A DNA stretch of 60,124 nucleotides, the filler included, from Sphacelaria rigidula (Eukaryota): the NCBI GenBank assembly GCA_964200075.2. It is 8 parts of 8 records of this genome, joined end to end, with 100 filler letters (N's around TTAATTAATTAA, not from the genome) between each part and the next. Parts side by side here need not be neighbours in the genome. Positions count along the whole stretch, not along the records: positions 1 to 7,429 come from CAXNAA020014967.1; positions 7,530 to 14,957 come from CAXNAA020014968.1; 6 more parts are not named here. One strand, given 5' to 3'. Below the pieces are notes generated by a model. The model ran no database searches. It worked only from the letters and a program-made list of their open reading frames with translations, and was not told the origin of the DNA. Positions 1-11,312 of the stretch are shown here, piece after piece (the first letter of the stretch is position 1; each line of letters opens with the position of its first letter). The position numbers and the translations under genes were made by a program.

Positions 1-2329
1 CAGTTCGGAGTATTGGGAGTAGGGTACAATTGCCGTCCAAATCTCGGGGGGCAGGCAGTTATTTATAGGCAGAGAGAGCATCGGAGTTTCATCCCCTGAA
101 TGACACGCCGGGTCTGGGCGTTGTGTTGGGCGAACAGCGAATAAGGGTTTACCCTTTTGGAACCGTTGATGGAAAAATGACGATTTACAACTGACGTTTT
201 CTTTGGCAAAATAGTGTTGTTCTTCTTCAACTGTTGATGATGCAGGCCACCAAAACGGTGCACCACTCTAAGTTCAGGCATGCGGATGTAATAGATGCGT
301 GGACCGAACTCGAAGTGACGAAAGCTCTCATATGGGAGTTTGTACTGTTTTTCGCAAGTTCCAGAAGGGTTCAGAATCAATCATTCGGGTGCTAAATAAC
401 CAATTTTTCGGGTGCTATGGTTGCTGCTGCTGCTGGTTCGGGTGGCGGCGCGCGCTAACTATATGAGGGTCAGGAGGTCCTCGAGTCGTTCATGACCTAT
501 AGGAGAAGGTCGGGAGGGACGTCCAGAGGAGATATTTAGTAAAAAACAATGCTAACTATAGTACACCTCTGGAACTCCCGTTTAGCGCGGGTACTGGGTG
601 GATTTGAGAAGAAGCTCCGTTTTGCGCACGAGCCGTATAAGACGAGAACGCGTTTCCCCCCCGACTTTTCCCCGTTCATTCCAAGGTACAGGCGCAGCAC
701 TCATCGCCGATTTACGTAAACGGAGAAATTTGAGGGAAAACGGTGTTCTTGGCACGGCTTTCCAAATCTGCTCAACATGTGGTCCAACATACTACCCACC
801 TGTAAATGGGGGGAAACGTGAAGGTTTAGCTCGAAACCATACATTTCCCAGAAAGTTCTCCAAGGAGCCAACGACCAAGTGGTAAAAGAAGATCTCGCGC
901 AAGCTGCGTCCCCTTCTCGCTGTACACTGAGCTGTGTGCACCGAAATGACTTCGCGATGGCAGCATAGGAGTCAAGGCTGTGAAGCCCCAATACAGTGTC
1001 GTTACGGCCACCAAACGCCTCCTTGACGATCATACCCGAGGTATAGGGGGTACAAGCGTGGGGGGTCCTAGGCTAAGATCACCTGAACTTCTCTGAACGG
1101 AAAGGATAAGTCATCTGGAAGAAAACGGTTCGAGCGGATTACTTCCTATACGACCGCCTCGTGTGGCCGGTGATCCGAGTGAAAACTGTTGTGGTTCGCC
1201 AGATCATCCGAACTTGGGATCACCCAACCACTTCTTACGGGAGAACAAACGGCCCGAACCGACTCTTTCGAAAATACACTTGGTTGTTTTGTTTGGAGAA
1301 GTTAAGGTGGACACAGACTAAGATTACCCTCCCCCAAACCAGGCTATGAAATCCACATAATCTCGCATGCAAGAAGTGTTTAATGGCTGGGTATCTTTCG
1401 GGTTCAAACCTCACACTTCAGCGCACAGTGAGAGAGAGACGCAGCTCGCGCAGGCCACCTACTGTCCACCTTATGGCCGCTCAGTCAAGAGGCCTAGTCT
1501 CTCTCATAGCAGCATCGCGGTTGTCGAGTTGCGAACAAAAACGCGAGACGAATCATGTGTGCGGCCATGATTGTCGACCACTTCGCGACAGTTTTTACTT
1601 ACAGCTCTCATCGTTTCTGGCCGAATTTCATGTTGTGCTCTACTGGAAATTGAACGGAGCTTCAGGTATAGCGACGCTAGGTGAAAAGAAGGCCGTGCTA
1701 GCCACACTAATTTGGCCGGAGCCGTGTCATGCTGGTGCTCTCGAACAGTGCCCGACCACACAAATCAAGCACAGTCGGGTAATACCCTTCTTTTAGAACA
1801 CCGGACTACTTCAGGTGTTACCGTCCCATGCACCGGTGATGTGTGATGTGTTCCACACGATCAACCATGTCACGGTCACATCACCAAAATCGCACAAGAT
1901 TGGTACAGGTGATCTGGAGACGACCATTTCCCCCCAAATCATCGGAATGATCAACCATATCCTTTTGCAGATCCAAATCAACTACCGTAAGAGTGTGTGT
2001 TGAGACCACACATCATAGGGACATGGTTGGCGATCAAAGATGGCCGATTCTCTCTTCGGTATCAAAAACCATCTGTTATGGGGGACAGAATTGAGCATGT
2101 GCTCTTGTTACAACTTCGTACAGACAAGCAAACTCACCAGAAGATCACATGTTCTGGGGGGGGGGCAGAGTTGTTGGTACAAAATGGCCGATTCTGTCAT
2201 TTCCTTCACGAACCACTTGTCATGGGGATAGGATTGATTGAGCCTAGAGCCCTGTCACAACTTTATACGACCGAGCAAAATGGTCAACTCGGTACAGAAC
2301 TGGGTCCCAACTTTGTATCCAGTCGCCTA

Positions 2330-4807
2330 GCTGTACAAAGCTGCGAAAATGGGAACTGATTCTTCGTGCTGGTTTGTTTGGACGAATGCAAAGCGTGAGC
2401 AGGCCATGCCTTCGCTGATCTGGACAGCTACAGGATCAAGACAGAGAAATGCCTCAGCCCGCGGTGTTGACCTCGAGTATACCAGTGCGCTGTGCTGTGT
2501 TCGAGTATTTCTGGTACCGGCACGATGGAGAAACAACGGTTTGCTGAAAACACGATCAAACGGTCGGTAGCACCTCTCGCAACACTTTTCGAGAGCCACG
2601 CGAATTGCTGCTGTTCTCTCAACACTGGACGGTTTCCCATGGAACAAAGCGCACCGTGCCTAGCTGAATAGTTGCTAGGCGCCTATCTGCCTTGCATGTC
2701 ACGCTTTCCTCAGAGAATCGATATCTTGACCTCGTTCAGGATGAGTCAACCAAAACGCCTTGTGTGTTGAAGAAAATCACGTCTTCAGCACAGACGAGTC
2801 ATCTTCCAGCATGGGTGTTTCGTAGATTTGTCCTGCTGCGTAGACGTGGAACATATATCATCGTCCCATCATAGCTATCATACGTGGCAGAATTGCCGGC
2901 ACATTGCTCCTGATGAATATTTGCGCACGTGCTGCACTTGAGTCATTAAATTTTCGGCGAACGATATTTCTTATTTTTCACACCCTAACCCCACCCCCCT
3001 TCCTCGGAACGAGTCCATGATCTCAAGGGATCAACTCACTTCTCCTCACGTCCTCACGTAATCGACAGTGGAAATCTTATACCGCATCCGGCGGAATCGA
3101 GCCTATGATCTCTGCACCCTGATGGTGACAGTCTCAACATTAGACCGCGGTTTTGCCCTGTACTTGACCCAGTATGTATTTTCAGCACACGACCTTTCCC
3201 TTCGAGGTTTCCCGCGGGGTCGGCGGTATCCGCATGCATGAGTCCCACACTCCCACCAGGTGCGTTGTACTTTCTGCACTGCACGTAGCACTCCCTTGGC
3301 TCCCACGCCTTCTTTCGGAACAAAATTATTGAGGGAATCTCGTCGTCTCATCAAAGCTGTCGTAGTACGTGGAAAACTCACCCGCACTATCCTCTGCAGT
3401 GTACCCTTCATGTTTGCAACTCACGCAAGTATGTTACGCCGGGTTCGGCACCAGAAAGATCCCGCCATAAAATTGTTCCGAAAGAAGGCGTGGCAGCCAA
3501 GGGGGTGCTACAATGCGTGTGAGGGAGTATAGAAAGTACAACGCACCTGATGGGGGTGTGGGGCTCGCGCACGAGGATACGGTCGATCCAGTGGCCAATC
3601 TCACGCTGCGCAGACGTCAAGACATTTCATCGTCCCATCACAGCTATACTACGTGGCAGGATCACCGGCACCTTCTCCCTGCTGCATATTTTGGCACGTG
3701 CGGTACTTAGTCTAGTATATTATCGGTGCACGACTTTATTCATGGCACACTCTATTGTTTGCAATCGCACGTAGCCTTAAAGTCGTCGTTGTCCCCAGGG
3801 ATCACAGCAGCTCTCCAGGCAAGGGATATCAAGTGCTCATGCAGTCTCAACTTCACGAAGTACTGCTCGCGCCTGTGTCGTACAGACTCGGTCATGCAGA
3901 ATCCGTGAGCGGCGACGTAGTCTATGACCGCCACGGGTTTGCCGTGCACGTTCAACACCTGCGTCAAACGGAAGCTATGCATGGCCCTAAATTTCCGACC
4001 CGAAACAGTGGTCACGACGTTTTGTACCAGCATGCAAAGCCTCCCAACCTGCATCTTCCTCTACCTCTCCTTCCGCAAAACCTTTTGCCGTTTAGTCGAT
4101 CCATGAGCCTTTGCGCTGGCAGTTGACTTCCCCATAGCGCTGGCAGTTGACACGCATGTAGTCCTTATTATCGCGTATCCCCCGGCCGCGAGCCCAGACC
4201 CGGGGTCATCAGGCGGTACCGCTCCATGGCACAGACTGTCAATCAAATCCATCGGTGTCGATGGTGTATTATGCTCCAGGAAATCTTCCACAGGGCGGGT
4301 TTTGCTCTCCAAGTCGGCAGCATATCTTTCAGTCGCGTTACCCGACACAGTATGCAGTTTAATTGCACCTTCGATGTCCTTCCTGACGACAGATCCCGCC
4401 GCTCTCACCAACGCCCGATCATCCTCCATGGACCCTTCAGCTGTGACGCGCCTAAGCGCGGACACGAGGAGCGGACCATCGTGGGGCTGGGTGTCGAGGA
4501 GTGAGACCGCACGCTCGGGTTCTTGCACCCTGGCAGGCATAGTTGTAAGATCCACGGGCACCACTCCCGAAGGCAGCACGTACACGGACTTCCGTCGGCC
4601 ATCACCTGCGGCCTGCTCAATCCCGCTCACCTCTTTCATCTTGGCGTTGGCTGTGCCGTCCCTCGCCACCGCATCGAAAACCGCCTTCGCCTGATCCCGG
4701 TTTCGCTGGTCGCCGACAGTACGGGCCAGTGCGGTGTTCCTAGCTTCTGTCCGCCCTGATTGGACTTCTTCCAGGCTCACTATTCGCCCCACCTCGAGGT
4801 TTGCCAT
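2330..4807 (-). pseudogene. Decayed transposase-like gene (DUF6589-like), two partly paralogous fragments
   Basis: ORF 4061..4807 continues in frame past one TAG into ORF 3752..4054 (VLNVHGKPVAVIDYVAAHGFCMTESVRHRRE...VIPGDNDDF). That pattern resembles, from memory, the 'vi..l.h.G.c.s...r...+GDN+DF' region of DUF6589-type proteins. A downstream LPR.IA.MGR* block occurs twice (about 3613-3700 and 2843-2932). Family call not verified by search. Confidence 0.5.
3204..3602. repeat. Imperfect inverted repeat, arms ~3204-3340 and ~3457-3602
   Basis: The arms give near-identical translations on opposite strands (FRKKAWEPRECY...RKYNAPGGSVGL vs FRKKAWQPRGCY...RKYNAPDGGVGL). Confidence 0.9.
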
Positions 4808-6410
4808 TACTTTTGCGCGTACTTCTACTACGAAGTCTGGGTCGGCATGGGTCGGATCAGGGGTGAGGGCTACCGTTGGAGGTGTGGGACAACGCGCGCG
4901 AATGCACTTGGTATTTGCCCATCGCTGCTGCGTCTATGCTCCTCGAAGGAGGGTAGAAAGCAAGCATCCTGGCTGCAAAAGCAATCCGAACTGGGTTGGT
5001 AGCTCCGCAGAAGCGCAGCGGGGCGCGCGCTACTACCATCCACACACTCCAGGAATGTCTGCGCCTCAGCAAGCCGTGCAGGACCGAGATGACGCCAGAA
5101 ATTTTCTTCGCCGGGCGGCGCCGGTCGATGGCACACCACGCATGGCCGCGATGCAGGGTCGTGTGTCTGACACCATGAGCACATACCCCACTGACCTTCG
5201 ACGAGGGGGCACGTGATGCCGCACTCATCGCGACCACAGGCCCACTTCGGTCGTCCACGACCGCTGCTTCCACTAACAGCTTTCGACTCAGCCGGCGCCG
5301 ACTGCTCCATCATACAGCTATCACGATTTACGGGATGGTCCAGTGCACTACTGCGTCGCGTCGTTATCCTCGTTCGTTTACCGTGCCTTCGATGCCGACC
5401 ACAACGACCATTGGCGGGCGCGCTTTACTTTTCCCGATCCCTCATCACATCGCCGCTAGCCCGAGCCGTCGGCATGGATGCGACCCCCTACGCCCCGCCG
5501 CAGATGCGCTGCCGAAGTCTGGACACGTTCCTGGGGCGGGGTCAGGCGCGGCGGCACGAGCAGGCCATTTTTTGGCTTCGATCGTGATCTCGAAGCGTTC
5601 AAGGGTGTTGGTTTTGAGGAGCACGGCGAGCCCGGTCACTTGTTGCAGTGTCCCGATGACGTTGAAGAGTCGCCCGGCACCCCAACTGGAGGCCCCAGTG
5701 ATGCGGTATATGGGGATACGGATTTTGTTGTCACCCCGGGGAAATGTAATACCTTCAGCGCGTGCCCCTTTGCCCGATTCCTGTGCTGCACTGCAGCCTC
5801 TTGCTGCTCAGTCCATGTTCCTCATGCGCTTTTCACATTCGGGTGCTCGATCACATTCCTTTTCCGTCTCGACGTCGATGCGTGAGCATGCGGAGGTGTG
5901 GCTCTCCCGGACCCAGGTGGGGCACGTCTTCTCTTTGTCTAGGAAGATGGAGTAGAACTCCCCACCTCACAGGGTATCCCGCCGGTAGTTTCTCGGCCTT
6001 CGCTTATGGTGGTGCCCACTTCGTGGAGGATTGTTGTCAGCGCAGTCGATGCCGATAGCTCCCGTGTGTTCATCTCTGACGCCCAGGTACTACAGACCAT
6101 GTACGTGAGGTCTCCCCTGGGCGATCGACTCTCTACTTTTTCAACCTGCGAGCACCGCCAGTCGTCACCCCCACCCACCGCCCCCCTCGGTTTATATGGG
6201 TGTACTTCGCCTATAACAACGTTTTCGTGAGATTGAGAGTAGAGCCCTGATGGAGAGTGGCTTTGGTAAATCGCTTTAACCTAGACATTTTTTCATTCTG
6301 TGTTTCCTTTTCTTTGCCTCCATCACTAGCGTGTGCTTACAGCTACTCGTCGATATCATACTCGGGGATATCAAGGGCCTCAGTGGGGTATGTGCTCATG
6401 TGGTCAGACA

Positions 6411-6830
6411 ACCGCGCCTGGCGCCCCAGAGTCACACAACAGTGCAATGACCCTGTGTTTACCGTACGACTGGGGACTGGGCTTCTCTCGTAATACGTCT
6501 CCAACGCCGACATGGCCCCCAGCAATTGCCTTCATATTTGCCATGGGCACTGTCGTCACCCCCACCCACCGCCCCCCTCGGTTTATTTGCTCCGTCTCGA
6601 AAGGGATGCGTGGTCAATGGTCAAATGACTAAGGCAAGCAACAAATGAGTACGCCCCCCCCTCGGTTTATATGGGTGTACCATTGACGACCGCGCCTGGC
6701 GCCCCAGAGTCACACAACAGTGCAATGACCCTGTGTTTACCATACGACTGGGGACTGGGCTTCTCTCGTAATACGTCTCCAACGCCGACGTGGCCCCCAG
6801 CAATTGCCTTCATATTTGCCATGGGCACTG
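6411..6830. repeat. Near-perfect 142-bp direct duplication (6411-6552 and 6689-6830)
   Basis: ACCGCGCCTGGCGCCCCAGAG...GCCATGGGCACTG occurs twice with about 2 mismatches. Confidence 0.95.
6587..6655. mobile_element. ~68-bp dispersed module inserted with a 15-bp flanking duplication; family copies at 22389-22455, 22586-22637, 22812-22877, 33770-33837, 45472-45540, diverged at 40601-40638, 45180-45252 and 45582-45655
   Basis: Core GTACTCATTTGTTGCTTGCCTTAGTCGTTTGACCATTGACCACGCATCCCTTTCGAGACGGAGCA. It is flanked here by CCCCCCTCGGTTTAT at 6572-6586 and 6656-6670, and an empty-site paralogue lies at 6161-6205. Confidence 0.8.
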
Positions 6831-7429
6831 CACGTTCTACGCCTGCCGGCCAAGAACTTCTCTCATCCACGTTGGCGGCATGTGCCGGGTGGGATGACAG
6901 CCGAAGATACGCAGGTGTTTCACTAACTGCCCGGATAACATGCAACAACGCGCGTGTGTGTGCAAGGACTCAGTTTTGAGCTATATTTAACGTTTCGAGA
7001 GTCGGGGTCAGCGGTTCTTGTGCACATGTTTTGTTTTTACTTATTCATTTGTCGCACTTTGAGCCCTGCCCTTCCTCCAGATGAGATCGTGGTATCAAGG
7101 GATCAACCGTTCTCTCCCCCGGTACACGCCCTGCAGTTTGGTCTCGCGGACAGGGTCAGCACTCCTGCACCGCGTCAACTCACGTCAAACAATCTCAGTC
7201 GACTACATTGTTTACTCACGTTCTCACGCTTTCCACGGTGGAAATCAGACATTACGAAGGAAAAACCCAACGCATTTGGGAATGGCATCCTCGTTGTCTC
7301 TACCCTAATGGCGACAGTCGGACCATTACACCACCGGGGCGCGGCGGTAACATATACCATTGATATATATAGAGGTAATTCATATCACGATTATCCTGAT
7401 CTTTAGTTCTAGGTCGCTCACAGCGCAGC

Positions 7430-7529
7430 NNNNNNNNNNNNNNNNNNNNNNNNNNNNNNNNNNNNNNNNNNNNTTAATTAATTAANNNNNNNNNNNNNNN
7501 NNNNNNNNNNNNNNNNNNNNNNNNNNNNN
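7430..7529. other. Artificial contig-joining spacer; identical spacers at 14958-15057, 22486-22585, 30014-30113, 37542-37641, 45070-45169, 52598-52697
   Basis: N44-TTAATTAATTAA-N44 (stops in all six frames) recurring exactly every 7528 bp. Confidence 0.99.
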
Positions 7530-8504
7530 AGCAAACGCGGTAACAAGGCGTCACGGAATCCAGGGTCTACGAGCAGACCCGCACAGAGTATATCTTGCAA
7601 CGCCTCTGAGCTTCATCACACTACACAGCAAGGATCATCATCCACAGGATGCCCTTGTCCCCTGGTCATCATCCAGGATCCTACATGCTACATCTACTAC
7701 GCCTTGGTGTATTTTGGCTACAGGGCTTAGCGTGCTCGTCCTTGCGCTGCAAGTATATTGGAGTATGGGTATACAAATACGTTATCGTCTATGAAGCTTT
7801 TACTGAATATTAGGGCACCACCCACGTTCAAACAATGAAGTCCCGAGATACATTACATACACAGCCATCAACCCCCACAGGTTCATGATATGCCCATGAG
7901 CATGACTGAGTACTGTTCTTTGACAGGACTGCACAGACTCACGGAAGGGTTGATTGGAAGAAAAGTACCAATAGCCTCTCGAGTAAGATCCATTTTCAAA
8001 CCCGCGATCAGGGTCTTTGAAGGTCATTGACACAACCACACAAACGCCGGGTCAAGATGCAAACACTCCGCGGAGTAATAGAATACTGTAGCAATCAAAC
8101 ATGACCCTCTCTGATTACATTTTTGCATTGTGTTCGGGTCTACCCGTTCCAGTATTTCACTCAAACTCAGTCACAAAATTACTTTTGTTTCAGTGACACC
8201 GGGAGCACACAAGCCCCCCCTTTCTTCCTGTGCGCCGTACAGTATTACATTCGGAGATTGGACGTGGTACAGTCCGACCACCCGGAGGCAAGCGAAGGCA
8301 TTAACCAGCCAAAGTGGAAACAGAAAATATCGATGCTGGTTGGTATTCTTTACAAAGTGTACCACACATCCAGCATAATAACTACAACACCCACGACCAA
8401 CATGGTAGGTGCAGTAGTACTATAATAATGACAACTACGATCGGGTATTGGTCTGTCTCTGGTGCTGTTGGGCATGTGATGCACAGCAGGGTGAATAATT
8501 AACT

Positions 8505-8890
8505 TTTCCAGCGGCGGGCCTCGTTTCGGAAGAGTATTTCGGCTGATAGTCCCCCGGAATATGTGGAATCATGTACTCGAGATTGAAACAACTTGCAGTG
8601 CAGACAGCACGGTGCTGTACTGCCTGCGTTGGATGCCGAAACGGGTAGTCTGTTTCCTGACACAGCACTCCAGTGGTCTGCTGACAATAAATACCGGTAC
8701 CGTCGTGCATGCAGCGGCGCAAAAGAGATTGGGAATGATATCGACCCCACAAACGCTGACCGAATAAATGTCGTTGCTTCCCTGAGTTTTACTCGGGCGA
8801 TGTCTCCTGGAACGAAATGTCGAAGGCGAGCCACTGAGGATCGCCTTTGCAGAATGCAAGATACGAAACGGCGTGGTGTTCTCCACTATC
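8505..8890 (-). pseudogene. Frameshifted relic of a voltage-gated K+-channel-like ion transport gene (S4-S5-pore); possible further exon relics near 10470-10540, 9280-9380 and 8340-8420
   Basis: Across three frames, in order: PFRILHSAK / RLRHFVPG..RV..REATTFIRSAFVG / RRQYSTVLSALQ / YMIPHIPGDYQPKYSSETR, resembling the 'HLTGDYP' pore type of protist channels. LLIVNIISIVLSS upstream is S1-like. Confidence 0.5.
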
Positions 8891-10884
8891 CCTCTTATCT
8901 ACTCCAAGTTGCACTAGGGACTGTCGCCAAGCACTCACCCACGAGCCTGCGGCTGCACTGCTATCAGTCAGGTCAACCGGGCAAATGTGAAGCTGGATGC
9001 ACGTAACGGATCTGTGCTCGATTCCTGCGCAACCGCCGGGGTCGTGAAGACGCGATATTCAGATAACAATTAGTCTTATTTTATGATTATTTTGGTTCAT
9101 AGTGTATCTCCATGTCACCCACTTATTCCCGATAACACCCCATTCCGCAGAAATCCGGCGTCCCGAACCCTTCACTTGCATGATATTACGGGGGAACGGC
9201 CACTTTTCACATTTCTCGTGAGATATCGATCTAGGGTCCAGCTGAGGGCTCCGAAGTCGAGATCTTATTCCGGTCCACCGCAACAATCAAGGTAAATAAT
9301 CCAGTGGTCGAACCAACCCCATCCAATAACCACCAAGAGAGTTGACACACGAAATTTAGCAACTCGCGCACCAGCGATCCCTGAGTGGTGAAGGCGTTGT
9401 GCACTTGCGTAGGCTGGTCGAGGAACACGAAAAAAACGTTTCTGCCGTGGCATTTCATCATTGTGAACAGCCGGCGGGGGCAGGAGGAGGGCGGGGGCGG
9501 GCTGGCCTGCGACTCGTAAGCCTCCTTGCACTGCCTCCAACTAAATCGGCCGCTCCGTTTATGATTCTGGATCACGGTAACCAGAAACAAGGTGATCGAT
9601 GTACGCTTCGTGTTGTTCTGCGAGACCGTACATTGCTGGGCTGTACCTGCACACTTACACACGACTCCACTGTTCCCTTCACGCCGCGGCGATGACTGAG
9701 ACGGTCGGTAGTAGCGGGACGGTCACGCCGAAAGACCGGAGGCAATACATTCATCCATCGACAGGGACAAGCTGATCATTGAAGAGCTTTACACTATTAT
9801 TATATAGCGTGCTGTGGAGCACGCGAAATGACCAAGTGAAGTGCAGTCATGATTTTATGAAGGTACGGACCAGCGTCATGAAGAGAACAACGATTCAGCG
9901 TTTGCAGACGACTTGTATTCGAGCGCAGGCATTGTCTGGCATCGAATGTGACGCAATCGGTCACTTTTCCTAGCAGACCGTGGTGTCCTGTCCTGCACTG
10001 TTATGGGTAGGAATGGAGGCCGATTTGGGTACTATATTCATGAAAAGTGCAAACTGAACGCTACATGCGTCAGAAGTGGTCCGTAATCCAACGAATCATG
10101 TCAATGGAAAATACACGCGTCACCTACAAATGACGATTTGGCTAAAAAAAATGAACTATATTTCTAGTACATTTTTTCAAGCCTGGGAGTGGTCGGTGTT
10201 GAGGTGATTGTGTTCCTCCGGAAAGCTCGCTCCACATCAGTAGATGGACAACCTTGTTGCGCTAGCTAATAGTGTTCTTCCTCTGTCTGTACCAGTCGGG
10301 AAGCACACGCCCGCGAGCTGCCACCCCACGTTTACTGCCATTGCGAGATAACAAAAAGAGAGCACGAACAGCAGCTGTTGTGGCCACTACACATCAACGT
10401 AACTGCAGTGAAACACGTGCCTGACATGGTGCTAGAACGAGAAAGTACGAAAATTTGGAGATCATGAGCAGCGGCGTCGCGCATCAGCAAGCTACTGAGA
10501 ACAATGCTGATGATGTTGACGATCAAGAGGTTCATGCTGTGCAGATTGGCTACGCGCTGCATGTCGTACACACAGCTATGACTGCGGGATTGGGGAGTGA
10601 ATTTCTCATGGGCCCCATGGGGTCAGGGTCATGGCATGAGTGGAAGGAATCTCATCTTGTCAGTCGCTTGGACACGGTCTGGTTCTCTCTGTCCAGATCA
10701 GCATCTTCAACGTCATTTTCTCTCTATTTTCAGCATGTACGAATATGTGTACAGGCAGTCACTTGAAACATCGTGGCTCTGCCGACCTAGGCATACATGG
10801 TGCACAGTCTGAAATCAAAATCACTCTTTGCGCCTTGACTTCTCCGCTGAAACCCTCAGACACAACAGCCGAAGTTCATGTGTG

Positions 10885-11312
10885 ACCTCACTCTCTGCAA
10901 CTCAACACATGAAGGGTATTCGCTGTTGAAAGGCGAAGTTGCCCTTCGTGCACAGCCGTACAGAACAAAGCAGCAGCACCTGGTGGCATGCCACAAAGTG
11001 AAACACGAAGCTTCTCAAACATTGCATAGTTTGCATCTCATTCTGATACCATTAATACAATAGTATATACAGACAGTTACCAAATACATGACCGCGGTCA
11101 CCAGCAGATGTAACGCACATACTCGTACAAGAATCACTCTCGACGCCTTGGCTTCTACACTGGAGCCCTGACATGAAGCAGCCGCCAGCTTTGTCCTTCT
11201 TCTGTCAACTCTCCCTCTGCAATTCGACGCTTCAAAAGATACTCGCCGTTGAAAGGCGAATTTGCCCTTTGTGCACAGCCGCTCAGAACAAAGCAGCGCC
11301 TGGGGGCACGCA
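10885..11312. repeat. Diverged ~100-bp direct repeat (~10885-10991 and ~11205-11312)
   Basis: Both contain CTCTGCAA...GTTGAAAGGCGAA.TTGCCCTT.GTGCACAGCCG..CAGAACAAAGCAGC. Confidence 0.85.

Noticed and set aside
7474..7485. TTAATTAATTAA as a biological motif with 7.5-kb periodicity
   Set aside because: Synthetic six-frame stop linker embedded in Ns.
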